Source: an uncultured Acidobacteriota bacterium (GTDB taxonomy: Bacteria > Acidobacteriota > Terriglobia > Terriglobales > Acidobacteriaceae). Taken from it: a stretch of DNA of 64,000 nt. The stretch lies in NCBI GenBank assembly GCA_963765755.1, contig CAVXXV010000004.1, positions 259,036 to 323,035 on the forward strand, in the 5' to 3' direction. Every line of letters begins with the position of its first letter. Within the stretch, counting starts at the first letter, position 1. This document shows, piece after piece, positions 62,591 to 64,000 of the stretch. The position numbers were made by a program, and so were the translations under genes. The notes under the pieces are model-generated. The model saw nothing but the letters and a program-made list of their open reading frames with translations. It was not told where the DNA came from and searched no databases.

Positions 62591-62642
62591 GACAACGCTC
62601 TGTCGGTTCGCGTCAGTCCCGAAGCTCTTTTCCTGATTCTCG

Positions 62643-63065
62643 TCAATCGCGCAGTTCTTTTCCTCCCGCGTAGGCGAAGGAGTTCATCATGGTTTCTTCC
62701 ATTCTTACTTTTTCTAGATGAGCGTGGCGGAAGCCCTGCTTCACTATTTCGTAGATGCGGATGCAGAGGTTTTCGGTCGTGGGTACTTGGTCTTTGAATT
62801 CAGGCAGCGTGTTCAGGTTCTGGTGACCGAAGCGTTCCAGGATTTCGGCGTGCACGAAGCCGTCGAGATCGGCCAGGTTGCAGACCATTCCGGTGGCGGA
62901 ATCAACCGTGCCGCTGACGGTAATCTCGACGTGGTAATTGTGTCCGTGGCCGTGGGGGTTGTTGCACTTGCCGTAGGTCTCGCGGTTCCAATCGTCGGGC
63001 ATCGCGTCGCTGTGCAGGCGGTGCGATGCGGAGAACAGGTAACGGCGGGTTAGGTGAGCCTTCAC
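62643..63065 (-). CDS. queD: 6-carboxytetrahydropterin / 6-pyruvoyltetrahydropterin synthase family protein (QueD/PTPS), copy 1
   Basis: GKCNNPHGHGHNY and TTEN motifs. GTG start in a GTGA overlap with copy 2. Confidence 0.8.
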   Translation of the reverse strand: MKAHLTRRYLFSASHRLHSDAMPDDWNRETYGKCNNPHGHGHNYHVEITVSGTVDSATGMVCNLADLDGFVHAEILERFGHQNLNTLPEFKDQVPTTENLCIRIYEIVKQGFRHAHLEKVRMEETMMNSFAYAGGKELRD

Positions 63066-63475
63066 GCGGCTTCTCCGTAGAAGTCGACAAACAGGTCCGG
63101 CGTCTCGTACACGCGGACACGGTGCAGTTGTGCGGCCTTGAGTTTGGGCGCGAGACGCTGCCAGATGGCGATGGCGATATTTTCCGTGGTCGGAATCTGG
63201 TGCAGGAATTCCGGCACTTCCTTGTTGAGGAAGCGGTGGTCCATCGCGTCGAGCACTTCGCGGTTCATGACGTCTTTCAGTTGCTTAAGATCGACTACGA
63301 AGCCGGACTGCGCGTCCACGTTGCCCTTCACCGTGACTTCGAGCGTGTAGTTATGGCCGTGGCCGTTCGGGTTATTGCACTTGCCGAAGGTGGCGCGATT
63401 CTGCTCTGGCGTAAACTGCGGATTGTGGTAGTAGTGCGAGGCGGCGAATTCGGCTTTACGGGTCAGGTAGACCAT
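63062..63475 (-). CDS. QueD/PTPS family protein, copy 2 (animal-PTPS-like)
   Basis: FGKCNNPNGHGHNY, MDHRFLNKEVPEF, TTENIAIAIW and VRVYETPD are very similar to eukaryote-type PTPS. Confidence 0.8.
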   Translation of the reverse strand: MVYLTRKAEFAASHYYHNPQFTPEQNRATFGKCNNPNGHGHNYTLEVTVKGNVDAQSGFVVDLKQLKDVMNREVLDAMDHRFLNKEVPEFLHQIPTTENIAIAIWQRLAPKLKAAQLHRVRVYETPDLFVDFYGEAA

Positions 63476-63484
63476 GACTCTCCA

Positions 63485-64000
63485 TTACGAAATCGGTTTG
63501 ATGCCGGCCGTGCCCGGATAGGTCCGCCCTTTCCACGCTACCGCCCCACGTGCATGGCGTAATCTGGAGCGCAGTAGCAGGTACGAGAACACGGGCAAGC
63601 CGAGAATTCCCAGGAAATTCGAACCCCACGAGAAATGTGCCGTCGCAATTCTCGCGACCGTCATTACGGGCACGATCAGGTAAAACACAGCATGTCGCCA
63701 GTCACCGGCAACGACAGACACGACACTGAAGGCCAGGCACGCCAGCACCAGAGAAAATTCGAGAGCGCGCCAGAGAGCGAGTGAGACGGTGGCCGGGAAA
63801 AGCAACCTGAGATTCTTGGTCCAGCCCTCGCGCATTTGCCCAAAGCCTCGGTACATGCGCGTGCGTACCGCGTCCCCGCCGTAGCGGAAACGAATTCTGA
63901 GGGAGGCGTTGCGAACGGCCCGGGCGAGGGCGACATCCTCGAGCAGCGAGGAGGCGACGGCGGCATGACCTCCTACCGCGTCGTAGGCTTTGCGCGAGAT
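63485..64000 (-). CDS. Family-2 glycosyltransferase, C-terminal part (5' end outside the window)
   Basis: The frame stays open to the window edge (…ISRKAYDAVGGHAAVASSLLEDVALARAV…MYRGFGQMREGWTKN) and is followed by TM segments. The track lists only the part from the first Met. Confidence 0.7.
   Translation of the reverse strand: MSRKAYDAVGGHAAVASSLLEDVALARAVRNASLRIRFRYGGDAVRTRMYRGFGQMREGWTKNLRLLFPATVSLALWRALEFSLVLACLAFSVVSVVAGDWRHAVFYLIVPVMTVARIATAHFSWGSNFLGILGLPVFSYLLLRSRLRHARGAVAWKGRTYPGTAGIKPIS

Noticed and set aside
1-64000. A search for CRISPR arrays, transposases, integrases, toxin-antitoxin pairs or obvious defence islands.
   Set aside because: I saw no regularly spaced direct repeats of 24-40 bp with unique spacers. 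No ORF had recognisable transposase, integrase, Cas, restriction or abortive-infection motifs. The window looks like core chromosome.

Overview
The window is a gene-dense, about 58-60% GC bacterial chromosomal segment made up almost entirely of core functions. I recognised no rRNA, tRNA, CRISPR array, transposase, integrase or prophage gene. The protein sequences and the intergenic repeat types look like Acidobacteriota (Terriglobia-like), but that is inference only.

Gene content in order:
- **Phosphate and polyphosphate island:** porin-like OMP fragment, ppk1, sixA-like, ppx, pstCAB-phoU without pstS, and a secreted beta-propeller/phosphoesterase fusion.
- Two tandem M48 peptidases.
- An ECF sigma factor with a soluble RsrA-like anti-sigma.
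- Slt-type lytic transglycosylase, lspA, ileS, a TonB-like protein and murI.
- **Iron-uptake operon:** FTR1::DUF2318, two FtsX permeases, and an ABC ATPase fused to a DtxR-like module.
- uvrA followed by a translationally coupled three-gene set of unknown function.
- A small stress-protein cluster with two divergent sigma-54-type promoters.
- An aa3-type cytochrome c oxidase operon.
- pdxR/pdxST.
- An ArsR regulator with three tandem SRPBCC paralogues.
- miaB and a bifunctional nuclease.
- **Possible glycan cluster:** sulfotransferase, Ig-like lipoprotein, VOC protein and GH18.
- truB and a rhomboid protease.
- folE, two PTPS/QueD paralogues and a GT2 glycosyltransferase.

The observations most worth follow-up:
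- The ABC-ATPase::DtxR fusion at the end of a P19-less Ftr1/DUF2318/FtsX operon.
- The divergent sigma-54 promoters.
- A near-perfect parS site.
- A PdxR-like MocR regulator whose Schiff-base lysine is replaced by alanine.
- An AT-rich iteron-like palindromic element.
- Several families of short intergenic repeats.

The ORF track counts GTG and TTG as starts, so several starts were re-evaluated. All start codons remain predictions.
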